Counted from the stretch's first letter, positions 17,610 through 25,309 are shown. The stretch is DNA of 27,149 bases from Desulfobacterales bacterium (GCA_025453995.1 JALOPH010000013.1:1-27149); one strand, 5' to 3'. Notes: generated from the letters alone by a model not told the origin. Translations and numbers: made by a program.

Positions 17610-18920
17610 TTATCTTGTTGAACAGGAACCGTCGGGATACCTGAACAGCTTGTTCTCATAATTTTTCAGCAGCAGGTCGCCGTTTTCATAACCTGTCACA
17701 TAATCGGGCATCAGCGGAATTTTGCCGCCGCCGCCGGGCGCATCCACCACATAGGTGGGTACGGCATAGCCGCTGGTGAATCCCCGCAGCCCCCGGATGA
17801 TCTCAAGCCCTTTCTCAATGGGCGTCCGGAAATGGATAGATCCCGTGATCGGATCACACTGGTAGAGGTAATAGGGCCGCACCCTCATTTTCATGAGATG
17901 GTGCACCAGCGCTGTCATGGTCTCGACCGAATCGTTGATCCCTTTGAGCAGCACAGACTGGGACCCTAAAGGAATGCCCGCGTCCGACAGCATGGCGCAA
18001 GCCCGATAGGCTTCGGGCGTGCACTCGTCGGCATGGATGAAGTGCAGGCTCATCCAGAGCGGGTGATATTTTTTGAGAATCTTGACCAGCTGCGGCGTAA
18101 TCCGCTGGGGGAGCACGGCCGGCACCTTGGTCCCAATGCGCACAATTTCCACATGGGGGATCTGGCGGATCTGGGCGAGAATCCAGTCCAGCCGGTCATC
18201 GCCGATCATCAAAGGGTCGCCGCCGGAAAGCAGCACATCCCGGATTTCACGATGGGACCGGATATACTCCATGGCCGCTTCCAACCGGGAACGGCTGGGA
18301 TTGATGCCGCCGTGTCCGACCACCCGGGATCGGGTGCAATACCGGCAGAAGGTGGAGCAAAAATCTGAAAGCAGCAGCAGAACCCGGTCCGGGTATCGAT
18401 GCACCATGCCGGGAACAGGGCTCTGGCAATCTTCTCCCAGGGGGTCGTCAGCCTCTCCCGGCATTTTGATCAATTCTTCCGGCGTCGGAATGACACTGCG
18501 GCGCAGGGGCTGTTCCGGGTCGGTTGGGGAAACCAGACTCAGGTAATAAGGTGTAATCCCCAGCGGCAGCTTTCCGTCATAATTATTGAGCGCCCATTGT
18601 TCGGGTTCGGAAAGCTGGATCATGGTTTCAAGCTGGGAGGCGGTCCGGATGCGGTTGCTCACCTGCCAACGCCAATCATTCCAGAGCTTGGCCGTGACAC
18701 TTGGATAAAAACGTTTGCGGAATGAACGAACAAAAGGATTGGATACCCCTGTTTTATGGGTGGGGAACCGGACGATTTTTCCCGGTTTGGCCAGTGGGGC
18801 GGCGGGATATTGGGTTATTGTAACGGGTGAAGAACTCGGAGGTTCTTCTTCACATTCCTCGATCGGACTGGGAGAGGTGTCTCTCAGCCGATTTTGAAAC
18901 GAGGCTGTGACTTCTGTCAT
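17610..18920 (-). CDS. kamA: Lysine 2,3-aminomutase (KamA/AblA family radical SAM enzyme) with an unusually long Pro/Ser/Glu-rich N-terminal extension
   Basis: 436 aa. Radical SAM CxxxCxxC (CSTFCRYCTRS), WNDWRWQVSNRI, ITPYYLSL, DVLLSGGDPL, RPYYLYQCD, VVDAPGGGGKIP are near-identical to my recollection of Clostridium LAM. Both Asp residues that bind the lysine epsilon-amine (QCD..., VVDAPGGGG) are conserved, which argues for lysine rather than glutamate as substrate. Confidence 0.9.
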   Translation of the reverse strand: MTEVTASFQNRLRDTSPSPIEECEEEPPSSSPVTITQYPAAPLAKPGKIVRFPTHKTGVSNPFVRSFRKRFYPSVTAKLWNDWRWQVSNRIRTASQLETMIQLSEPEQWALNNYDGKLPLGITPYYLSLVSPTDPEQPLRRSVIPTPEELIKMPGEADDPLGEDCQSPVPGMVHRYPDRVLLLLSDFCSTFCRYCTRSRVVGHGGINPSRSRLEAAMEYIRSHREIRDVLLSGGDPLMIGDDRLDWILAQIRQIPHVEIVRIGTKVPAVLPQRITPQLVKILKKYHPLWMSLHFIHADECTPEAYRACAMLSDAGIPLGSQSVLLKGINDSVETMTALVHHLMKMRVRPYYLYQCDPITGSIHFRTPIEKGLEIIRGLRGFTSGYAVPTYVVDAPGGGGKIPLMPDYVTGYENGDLLLKNYENKLFRYPDGSCSTR

Positions 18921-19208
18921 CGATGCGCTCCTTTTTTTAAAAAAAAATTAATCAACATCAGGTCCGCAACCCGTCTGCATTTTCGCTGTGCCTGATACTT
19001 GCGACTATAAAGATTTGTTTTCAAATTTCAATAAAATAATCATCATGAATGGAAAAAAATTTTTATAAAGATGACAGTGTGTCAATATGGTAAACCGTCG
19101 TCCATCGTGATGTACACTGCAATTATAATTTTTGACGTATCGGGAGATGTTTTGTTGTCAGGAAAAAAATCCGGTGATAAAATTAAAATAAACCGGTTAA
19201 GGAATCAA

Positions 19209-20153
19209 ATGATGAGCCCCTCGAAAAATATCATCGGAAACAACCCCGGCCTGATAAATGTTCAAAAGCAGGCTGAAGCATTTGCCACAGCCCCGCGTTC
19301 CATAATCATCCGCGGGGAACGGGGAACCGGCAAGGAGATGCTTGCGTTGTTCATCCACAGCAAAAGTCCGTTTTCCTCAGGGCCTTTTGTGGCTGTCAAT
19401 TGCGCTGTATTCAATGATGAACTTCTTGCCAGCGAGTTGTTCGGCCATGAGAAAGGCGCGTTTACCGGCGCAGTTTCCCAGCGCCGCGGATGTTTGGAGA
19501 AGGCCGCAGGCGGCACCCTGTTTTTCGACGAGGTGGGCAACATGTCGCTTCGTTTTCAGGAAACCCTGCTGCGGGTTCTGGAAACAAAAAAATTCGAGCG
19601 TCTTGGCGGGCGGGAGACGCTCACCGCCGATGCCCGTTTTATTTTCGCCACCAATGCGGATTTGGACACCATGATGGCCCAGGGGAATTTCCGCAGGGAC
19701 CTCTATGACCGCATCGCATTTGTGACCCTCACGCTCCCGCCGCTGAGGCAGCGGCGCGAAGACATCCCCCTGCTGATAGCGCATTTTACGCAAATGCTGG
19801 CGCGGGAAATTCCCAATTTTGAGCCCCGGCGATTTTCAGCAGAAGCGGTTCACCAGATGGTTCAGTATTATTGGCCGGGCAATATCCGGGAGCTCAAAAA
19901 CGTTGTGGAGCGGCTTTTGCTGCAGCCGGGAGAGGACATGGTGCTCACGTCGGATCTTCCTCTGGAAATCACCGCCGCCGCGCCGGCCGGAAAAACATTT
20001 AATGAAAAGGTGGAAGCATTCAAGAAACATCTTGTATTGAGCGCCTGGCTGGATTCCGGGAAAAACCAGAAAAAGGCGGCTGACAAGCTGGGCATCAGCT
20101 ACGATCAGTTCAGGCATTATTTCCGGAAGTTTGAATTAAACCTTTTTTCCTGA
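19209..20153 (+). CDS. pspF: Sigma-54-dependent transcriptional activator lacking an N-terminal regulatory domain (PspF-like). The ORF opens at 19071, but homology and the SD support 19209.
   Basis: AAA+ sigma-54 activator motifs: IIIRGERGTGKE Walker A, GAFTGA (ELFGHEKGAFTGA), LFFDEVG Walker B, C-terminal HTH (KKAADKLGISYDQFRHYF). N-terminus MMSPSKNIIGNNPGLINVQKQAE resembles E. coli PspF. aagga SD sits 5 nt upstream of 19209. The gene immediately precedes a pspA homolog. Confidence 0.85.
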   Translation: MMSPSKNIIGNNPGLINVQKQAEAFATAPRSIIIRGERGTGKEMLALFIHSKSPFSSGPFVAVNCAVFNDELLASELFGHEKGAFTGAVSQRRGCLEKAAGGTLFFDEVGNMSLRFQETLLRVLETKKFERLGGRETLTADARFIFATNADLDTMMAQGNFRRDLYDRIAFVTLTLPPLRQRREDIPLLIAHFTQMLAREIPNFEPRRFSAEAVHQMVQYYWPGNIRELKNVVERLLLQPGEDMVLTSDLPLEITAAAPAGKTFNEKVEAFKKHLVLSAWLDSGKNQKKAADKLGISYDQFRHYFRKFELNLFS

Positions 20154-20180
20154 TAAAGCGTCAGGAAAAAAGTAAATATT

Positions 20181-20212
20181 GGTGTTTTCCACCTTTTCAG
20201 GTGGAAAACACC
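20181..20212 (+). promoter_or_regulatory. Perfect 13-bp inverted repeat ggtgttttccacc-ttttca-ggtggaaaacacc: candidate PspF upstream activator sequence (about -130 from the predicted sigma-54 start) and/or pspF terminator
   Basis: Read directly, 28 nt after the pspF stop. No T-run follows, which weakens a terminator role. A second imperfect IR lies at 20234-20259 (aacgatt...aatcgtt). Confidence 0.45.
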
Positions 20213-20300
20213 ATCAATTTCTGATAGTATGATAACGATTTCGATACGACCGAATCGTTTAAGTCATTGATATTCAAGACCTCGCTAAGAATTACTCTTT

Positions 20301-20316
20301 TGGCATGGGATTTGAT
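20301..20316 (+). promoter_or_regulatory. Candidate sigma-54 (-24/-12) promoter for pspA: TGGCAT-gggat-TTGAT
   Basis: GG and the -12 element have canonical spacing. -24 TGGCA is perfect; -12 is TTGA rather than TTGC (E. coli pspA also has a non-consensus -12, as I recall). It sits about 50 nt upstream of a GGAGG SD and the pspA ATG at 20367. Confidence 0.4.
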
Positions 20317-20366
20317 TATTGAATATTTAAACATCAAATCCCAATGCTAAAAGAGGAGGTAACACC

Positions 20367-21074
20367 ATGACGATTATATCACGCATCAAACGCATCATTT
20401 CCGCAAACATCAACAACATGATCGAAAAGGCGGAAGACCCGGAATCCCTGCTCAAGGAATTGATCCGGGAAATGGACGACAATATCATCAAGCTCAGAAA
20501 TGAAATTGTCAAATCCATCGCATCGGAAAAACGCCTTGCCCGGCAAGTTGAGGACGTTCAAAAGAAAATTCAGACATGGCAGGAGAACAGCGAAAAGGCG
20601 GTCCGGGATGGCAATGACGAGCTGGCCCGCAAAGCCCTGGGACGAAAACTGGCCGAAGAGCGCAAGCTGCCGGAACTTTCGGCGCAGCATAACCGGGCGC
20701 TGGAGTCCGGCAAAACCTTGAAAGACCAGCTCAGACTGCTCGAAGACAAGGTCCAGGATGCCCGCCGGAAAAATGAAATCCTGGTTGCCCGGAAGCGAAG
20801 CGCCCAGGCGCACCAGTCCCTGCTGACCGCCACCCAGAATTTCGCGGCGGCCGCCCGAAAGAGCGACGCGCTGCTGGCTGAAGCCCATTTGATCTCCCCC
20901 GGCTCATTTGAATCCCTGGAGGATGAGGTGTTGCGGCTTGAAACAGAGGCCGAGGCCCTGCGGGAAGTTATGCATCAGGAGCCTTCTTTGGAAGAGGTGT
21001 TTGAAAGGTCAAAAACCGATGAAGCCATCGAGCGGCAGCTTCAGGAGTTGAAGAAAAAGGTTATAAGAGGTTAA
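20367..21074 (+). CDS. pspA: Phage shock protein A (PspA/IM30 family)
   Basis: 235 aa. N-terminus IISANINNMIEKAEDPESLLKELIREMDD closely parallels E. coli PspA ([29 protein letters not shown]). Coiled-coil composition throughout. Perfect GGAGG SD 9 nt upstream. Confidence 0.9.
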   Translation: MTIISRIKRIISANINNMIEKAEDPESLLKELIREMDDNIIKLRNEIVKSIASEKRLARQVEDVQKKIQTWQENSEKAVRDGNDELARKALGRKLAEERKLPELSAQHNRALESGKTLKDQLRLLEDKVQDARRKNEILVARKRSAQAHQSLLTATQNFAAAARKSDALLAEAHLISPGSFESLEDEVLRLETEAEALREVMHQEPSLEEVFERSKTDEAIERQLQELKKKVIRG

Positions 21075-21234
21075 AACGGTTTCAAGGGTTCACGGTTCAA
21101 CGGTCAACAAATCCCTTTAATTTTGAACCGTGAGCGGTGAACCTCGGAACCAATATATCCTCAAAAGAAACACACGGTATTCTTTACATTATTTTATTAA
21201 GACCGGTTAAATTTTTTAACAGGAGCTTAAAAAC

Positions 21235-21810
21235 ATGGAAGCGTTTTACAACAGCCTGAGTCCGGTTCAGAAATTTTTTCTCTTCAGCGCCATGGTGGGA
21301 GGCGCGATATTTGTCATCCGGATGATCATGATGCTGGCCGGAGCCGCGGGTCATGAACTCCATGACGGCCAGTTCGACTATTCAGACACCCACGCGGACG
21401 CCGACGCCAGCTTCAAGCTCTTTTCCCTCCACGGCCTGACCGGATTTTTCATGATGTTCGGCCTGGTAGGACTGGGCTTGTCCCGGCAGCGATTGATCCC
21501 GGACCTGTTCGCCGGAGCCTTGGGCGTTCTGGCCGGGCTGGCCACGGTCTGGGTCATCGGAAAGGTCTTTGCCGGGATGATCAAGCTTCAGTCTGACGGG
21601 ACCTTGCGTTTGAGTGATGCCGTGGGGCATCAGGGAAAGGTCTACCTGACCATCCCGGCCGGCGGCGCAGGCCAGGTCCAGGTGGGGTTCCAGGGCCGGC
21701 TGATGATTTATGATGCCATATCGGCCAATAAAGAGGTTATTAAGACCGGTGAGCCGGTGGTGGTGATCGATGTGGTGGGGGGAAATACATTGGTGGTCGA
21801 AAAAGTTTAA
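21235..21810 (+). CDS. NfeD-like / YqiJ-like membrane protein (N-terminal TM helices plus C-terminal OB-fold beta domain), flotillin partner
   Basis: 191 aa. Two to three TM segments (FFLFSAMVGGAIFVIRMIMMLAGAA, LTGFFMMFGLVGLGL, LFAGALGVLAGLATVWVIG). C-terminus GKVYLTIPAGGAGQVQVGFQGRLMIYDAISANKEVIKTGEPVVVIDVVGGNTLVVEKV matches the NfeD OB-fold pattern. Immediately upstream of a flotillin gene, as in the E. coli yqiJ-yqiK pair. AGGAG SD present. Confidence 0.7.
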   Translation: MEAFYNSLSPVQKFFLFSAMVGGAIFVIRMIMMLAGAAGHELHDGQFDYSDTHADADASFKLFSLHGLTGFFMMFGLVGLGLSRQRLIPDLFAGALGVLAGLATVWVIGKVFAGMIKLQSDGTLRLSDAVGHQGKVYLTIPAGGAGQVQVGFQGRLMIYDAISANKEVIKTGEPVVVIDVVGGNTLVVEKV

Positions 21811-21876
21811 CATTTGTGCCGGGATTGGAATCCCGACTAACAATTGTTTCTTTTAATTCAATCGATTTGAACCGCA

Positions 21877-21969
21877 GAATGTCGAACAAGGAATAATGAA
21901 TGTCGAAGTGAAAAATACCTTATCCCTACTTCATGATTCGACATTCCTTGTTCGATATTCGATATTTAT
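21877..21969. repeat. Cluster of GAATGTCGAA decamer repeats: two direct copies (21877-21886, 21898-21907), one inverted copy (21937-21946) and degenerate ttcgatattc copies (21951-21969), about 50-130 bp upstream of the flotillin start
   Basis: Read directly in the yqiJ-like/flotillin intergenic region. Candidate operator array for the flotillin gene. Confidence 0.5.
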
Positions 21970-22009
21970 AGGGTTTTTAAATTTGACATAAAGCATAGGA
22001 GGTCTTGTC

Positions 22010-23584
22010 ATGGTATATTTCGGATTGGCCATCGGCGCGTTTGTCTTTGTATTTATGGCAACTGTACTGATCCTGGCGTCGCGATACAAGAGATGCCCAT
22101 CGGATCAGATCCTCGTCATCTACGGAAAAGTGGCCCAGGGCCGATCCAGCCGGTGCATGCACGGCGGCGGGGTGTTTGTTTGGCCCCTGATCCAGGATTA
22201 CGCATACTTGAGTTTAACCCCCATCACCATCAGCATCCCGCTTCAAGGCGCCCTCTCGTTCCAGAACATCCGTATTAACGTGCCCAGCACTTTCACCGTG
22301 GGTATCAGCACGGACCCCAATATCATGACCAATGCCGCCGAGCGGCTGCTGGGCATTCCGTCTCAGAAAATCGAGGACATGGCCAAAGAAATCATCTTCG
22401 GCCAGCTCCGCCTGACGGTGGCGTCCCTGACCATTGAGCAGATCAACCAGGACAGGGAAAGCTTTCTGGAGTCCATCCGCAAGAACGTGGAGCCGGAGCT
22501 TAACAAGATCGGGCTGTATCTCATCAACGTGAACATCACCGATATCACCGATGAATCCGACTACATCGAGAGCATTGGCAAGAAAGCCGCAGCCGAAGCG
22601 CTGAACAAAGCCAAGGTGGACGTGGCGGAACAGGTGAAGCTGGGCGCTATTGGCGAGGCCGAGGCGGTCAAGGTAAAAGAGGTTCGGGTTGCTGAGAATG
22701 TGGCGGAATCTGAAAAGGGAAAGAAGAAAGCCCAGGCGGACCAGCGGATCTATGTGCAGGCCCAGGAAGCCGAAGCGGTTGCCGGTGAAAACAAGGCCAA
22801 GGCCGATATTGCCAATGCCGAAGCCATCCTTGAAATTCGAAAAGCCGAGGCCATGGCTGGATCTGAAAAAGGGAAAAAGAAGGCCATGGCCGATCAGCGG
22901 ATCTATGTGCAGGCCCAGGAAGCCGAAGCGGTTGCCGGCGAAAACAAGGCCAAAGCCAATATCGCCGACTATGACGCGGAACTGGCCGTCAAGCAGGCCG
23001 CCGCCCTCCAACGCGGAGAAGTGGCCAAACGTGAAGCCACGGTGGAAATCCAGAAAGCCCAGTATCGGGCCGAGCAGGAACGGCTCAACGCTGAAGAAAT
23101 CGTTCTCAAGGAAATTGAAAAACGCAAGATCGAGATTGCCGCTGATGCAGAGGCCGAGCGCATCCGGCGGGAGGCCAAGGGCGAGGCCGACGGCGTGCTC
23201 TTGAAATATGAGGCCGAGGCCAAAGGCCTTCAGAAACTATTGGACGGCAAGGCCGCCGGATATGAATCTCTGGTCAAAAGCTGCGGCGGGGACGCCAAGG
23301 CCGCAGCCACCCTGCTGATGATTGAAAAAATTGAAGATATCGTCAAACACCAGGTGGAAGCCATCCGCAATCTTAAAATCGACAAGATCACGGTATGGGA
23401 TTCAGCTTCCGGAGATGGAAAAGGATCATCAACAGCCAATTTTGTATCCAGCCTGATAAAGAGCGTGCCGCCTTTGCAGGACATTTCCGCCATGGCCGGC
23501 GTCGAATTACCCGCCTATCTGGGGAAAATGAAGGAAACGGAACAACCGGTTCCATCCAAGGGAGGGAATGCGGAAAAGAAATGA
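22010..23584 (+). CDS. Flotillin family SPFH/band-7 protein (YqiK/FloT-like) with extended Ala/Glu/Lys-rich coiled-coil containing a tandem duplication
   Basis: 524 aa. N-terminal TM (FGLAIGAFVFVFMATVLILAS) and SPFH core (ILVIYGKV...GGGVFVWPLIQDYAYLSLTP...FTVGISTDPN). Long EA-rich helical region; C-terminal flotillin tail. Minus-strand ORF 22214-23011 is G/F/L-rich antisense junk. Confidence 0.9.
   Translation: MVYFGLAIGAFVFVFMATVLILASRYKRCPSDQILVIYGKVAQGRSSRCMHGGGVFVWPLIQDYAYLSLTPITISIPLQGALSFQNIRINVPSTFTVGISTDPNIMTNAAERLLGIPSQKIEDMAKEIIFGQLRLTVASLTIEQINQDRESFLESIRKNVEPELNKIGLYLINVNITDITDESDYIESIGKKAAAEALNKAKVDVAEQVKLGAIGEAEAVKVKEVRVAENVAESEKGKKKAQADQRIYVQAQEAEAVAGENKAKADIANAEAILEIRKAEAMAGSEKGKKKAMADQRIYVQAQEAEAVAGENKAKANIADYDAELAVKQAAALQRGEVAKREATVEIQKAQYRAEQERLNAEEIVLKEIEKRKIEIAADAEAERIRREAKGEADGVLLKYEAEAKGLQKLLDGKAAGYESLVKSCGGDAKAAATLLMIEKIEDIVKHQVEAIRNLKIDKITVWDSASGDGKGSSTANFVSSLIKSVPPLQDISAMAGVELPAYLGKMKETEQPVPSKGGNAEKK
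22709..22960 (+). repeat. In-frame intragenic tandem duplication (period 153 bp = 51 aa) within the flotillin coiled-coil region
   Basis: Copy 1 at 22709-22861, copy 2 at 22862 to about 22960. The core of about 65 nt (cagcggatctatgtgcaggcccaggaagccgaagcggttgccggNgaaaacaaggccaa) is near-identical. Protein repeat SEKGKKKAQADQRIYVQAQEAEAVAGENKAKA appears twice. Confidence 0.85.
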
Positions 23585-23854
23585 TCCGAAAAATCTATTT
23601 CTTGTATTTTACATCACTTGAATATATCTCTTCAAGTGATAAAAATTGGAATTGATTTCAAAACTCCGCCATAAAGGTTATGGCTGATCTCAAGCCGCTT
23701 TCATTTAGAAGAAGTTCGCGGCGGCAGATGCTGCGCTTTTCATTGATTGAAGTTTAATCCTCCTGACGCACCATGAGATTTGAAACAATTAAGGGGTGAG
23801 TCTCCCTGATGGTGAAAAAAAATCACGCCGCTAAAACGGCGCCGGGAGGAGAGA

Positions 23855-24544
23855 ATGCATATCGCATATAACAAAATCATCACATCCGGAATTTTTCAAA
23901 GAATTCTGTATCATTCAATCCGCCTGTATTCATGGACGTTTCGATTTTCGGTTGAAAATGAAGAAGAATGGATGACCCATCTGAAACAAGGGGGGCGGGT
24001 TCTTCTCTGCACGTGGCACCAGCAGTTTTTTTCGGCGATCCGATATTTCAGAAAATATAAAGCCTATACGCCGGCATTGATGATCAGCCGGAGCAAAGAC
24101 GGCGACATCATTGCCGGAATTGCACAGCGCACCGGCTGGATCCCGGTAAGAGGAAGCTCGTCAAGGGGGGGGAAGGAGTCATTAAAGGAAATGATCGTCC
24201 GGTTGAAAATGACCGGGCTTGCCGCCCATATCATGGACGGGCCAAAAGGGCCTATGGGAAAGGTCAAGGCCGGGGCCGTTCAACTTGCCTTGTCAGCCGA
24301 TGCCGTGATTGTTCCCTTTTACATAAAAGCCGATCGCGCCTGGTATTTTAAGAGTTGGGACAAGTTTTTTATCCCTAAGCCTTTTGCCCGGGTTCGGCTT
24401 GAGTATGGCCGGATGATTCGCCTTGTTCAATCGGAATCCGCTCATGTTTTTGAAGCCCAGAGACAAAAAATTGAAGACATCATGGCGGCAGGGCTTATTT
24501 TGTCAGGCGGCAGGCCCGTGACTTCTGAAACCGAAGGCAAATGA
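23855..24544 (+). CDS. DUF374 domain protein (lysophospholipid acyltransferase-like superfamily; lipid A/LPS-associated in many genomes)
   Basis: 229 aa. Central MISRSKDGDIIAGIAQRTGWIPVRGSSSRGG...GPMGKVKAGAVQLA fits my memory of the DUF374 pattern. True start uncertain; an internal Met is possible. Confidence 0.6.
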   Translation: MHIAYNKIITSGIFQRILYHSIRLYSWTFRFSVENEEEWMTHLKQGGRVLLCTWHQQFFSAIRYFRKYKAYTPALMISRSKDGDIIAGIAQRTGWIPVRGSSSRGGKESLKEMIVRLKMTGLAAHIMDGPKGPMGKVKAGAVQLALSADAVIVPFYIKADRAWYFKSWDKFFIPKPFARVRLEYGRMIRLVQSESAHVFEAQRQKIEDIMAAGLILSGGRPVTSETEGK

Positions 24545-25245
24545 AAAAAAGAGAATATTATTTTATCCGGCACGGCATCCCGTTAAATGACGTTGGCTCC
24601 TTTCATCTGTCCATATTTGATAAAGACATGAAGGGAGAAATGGATGAACCGCTGTCTGAAAAGGGAGTTGAACAGGCCGCGGCATTGAAGGATATTCTCC
24701 TGAAATTGGACATCCAGCGGATTGTTTCCAGCACACTCAAGCGCGCGGCTCAGACAGCCTCGGTTATTTCGGATGAGACGGGCATCCCCTACGACCGCCG
24801 CTTCAAGCGGCTGGTGGAGATCAACCTGGGCGGCTATTCCATCAAAAAAACCGTTCCCATCAAAATTCTTATGTCCAAATGGTGGCCCCGCGCCATGCGA
24901 AAGCTCATTGACCGGGGGGTCATTTCAGCGGCAACGGTCTTTTATTTTTTGCAATGGCACCTTGGCAACACCATCGGCGGGGAGTCCCTTGACGAGATTA
25001 ACCGGAAAGTCGAAGAGATGCTCTGTGAACTGGATGCCTTTCCCGAACACCGGATCGCTGTGGTCTGTCATGCCGGATGGATTTCTTTTCTGGCCGTGAA
25101 AATCATGGGCGGGTCATTGTGGAATTTTTTAAAACTCTCCAGAGTGGACAACTGCTCCATCACCCGAGTGGATTCAACAGGCAAAGGTGAATATCAATTG
25201 CAGTTTTTCGCCCTCTCCCATGCATCTGTTCAGTTGCTTTCCTGA
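24541..25245 (+). CDS. Histidine phosphatase family protein (phosphoglycerate mutase-like)
   Basis: 234 aa. N-terminal catalytic RHG motif (YFIRHGIPLND), EPLSEKGVEQAAAL..., SSTLKRAAQTA typical of the branch-1 histidine phosphatases. 4-bp overlap (ATGA) with the upstream gene. Confidence 0.8.
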   Translation: MKKREYYFIRHGIPLNDVGSFHLSIFDKDMKGEMDEPLSEKGVEQAAALKDILLKLDIQRIVSSTLKRAAQTASVISDETGIPYDRRFKRLVEINLGGYSIKKTVPIKILMSKWWPRAMRKLIDRGVISAATVFYFLQWHLGNTIGGESLDEINRKVEEMLCELDAFPEHRIAVVCHAGWISFLAVKIMGGSLWNFLKLSRVDNCSITRVDSTGKGEYQLQFFALSHASVQLLS

Positions 25246-25280
25246 TAGAAGTTTATACTCCTATAAAATTCTACCAAAAA

Positions 25281-25309
25281 TTGACAATCCAATCGGTTTT
25301 AAGTATTTT
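25281..25309 (+). promoter_or_regulatory. Candidate sigma-70 promoter for the efflux operon (TTGACA - 17 nt - TATTTT)
   Basis: Consensus -35 with 17-nt spacer, read directly about 70 nt upstream of the TolC-like ATG. Confidence 0.3.

Noticed and set aside
19071-19208. N-terminal 46-codon extension of the pspF-like ORF (start at 19071)
   Set aside because: No SD precedes it and the extension has no homology to bEBP N-termini. The ATG at 19209 has an AAGGA SD and yields a PspF-like N-terminus.
18921-19208. Search for a sigma-54 promoter upstream of kamA (divergent from the sigma-54 activator)
   Set aside because: The only GG...GC candidate on the minus strand (caGGcacagcgaaaaTGCag, plus-strand 18981-18997) has 12-nt rather than 10-nt spacing. 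No acceptable -24/-12 element found, so kamA is probably not PspF-dependent.
21075-21234. ggttcacggttcaa ... ttgaaccgtgagcggtgaacc imperfect inverted repeat after pspA
   Set aside because: Stem is interrupted, the loop is about 30 nt and no T-run follows, so it is not a convincing terminator or a clear binding site. Noted only as a possible weak structure.
22214-23011. 265-aa minus-strand ORF inside the flotillin gene
   Set aside because: Gly/Phe/Leu-rich antisense reading of the Ala/Glu/Lys-rich coiled-coil region. The plus-strand product has clear SPFH/flotillin features.
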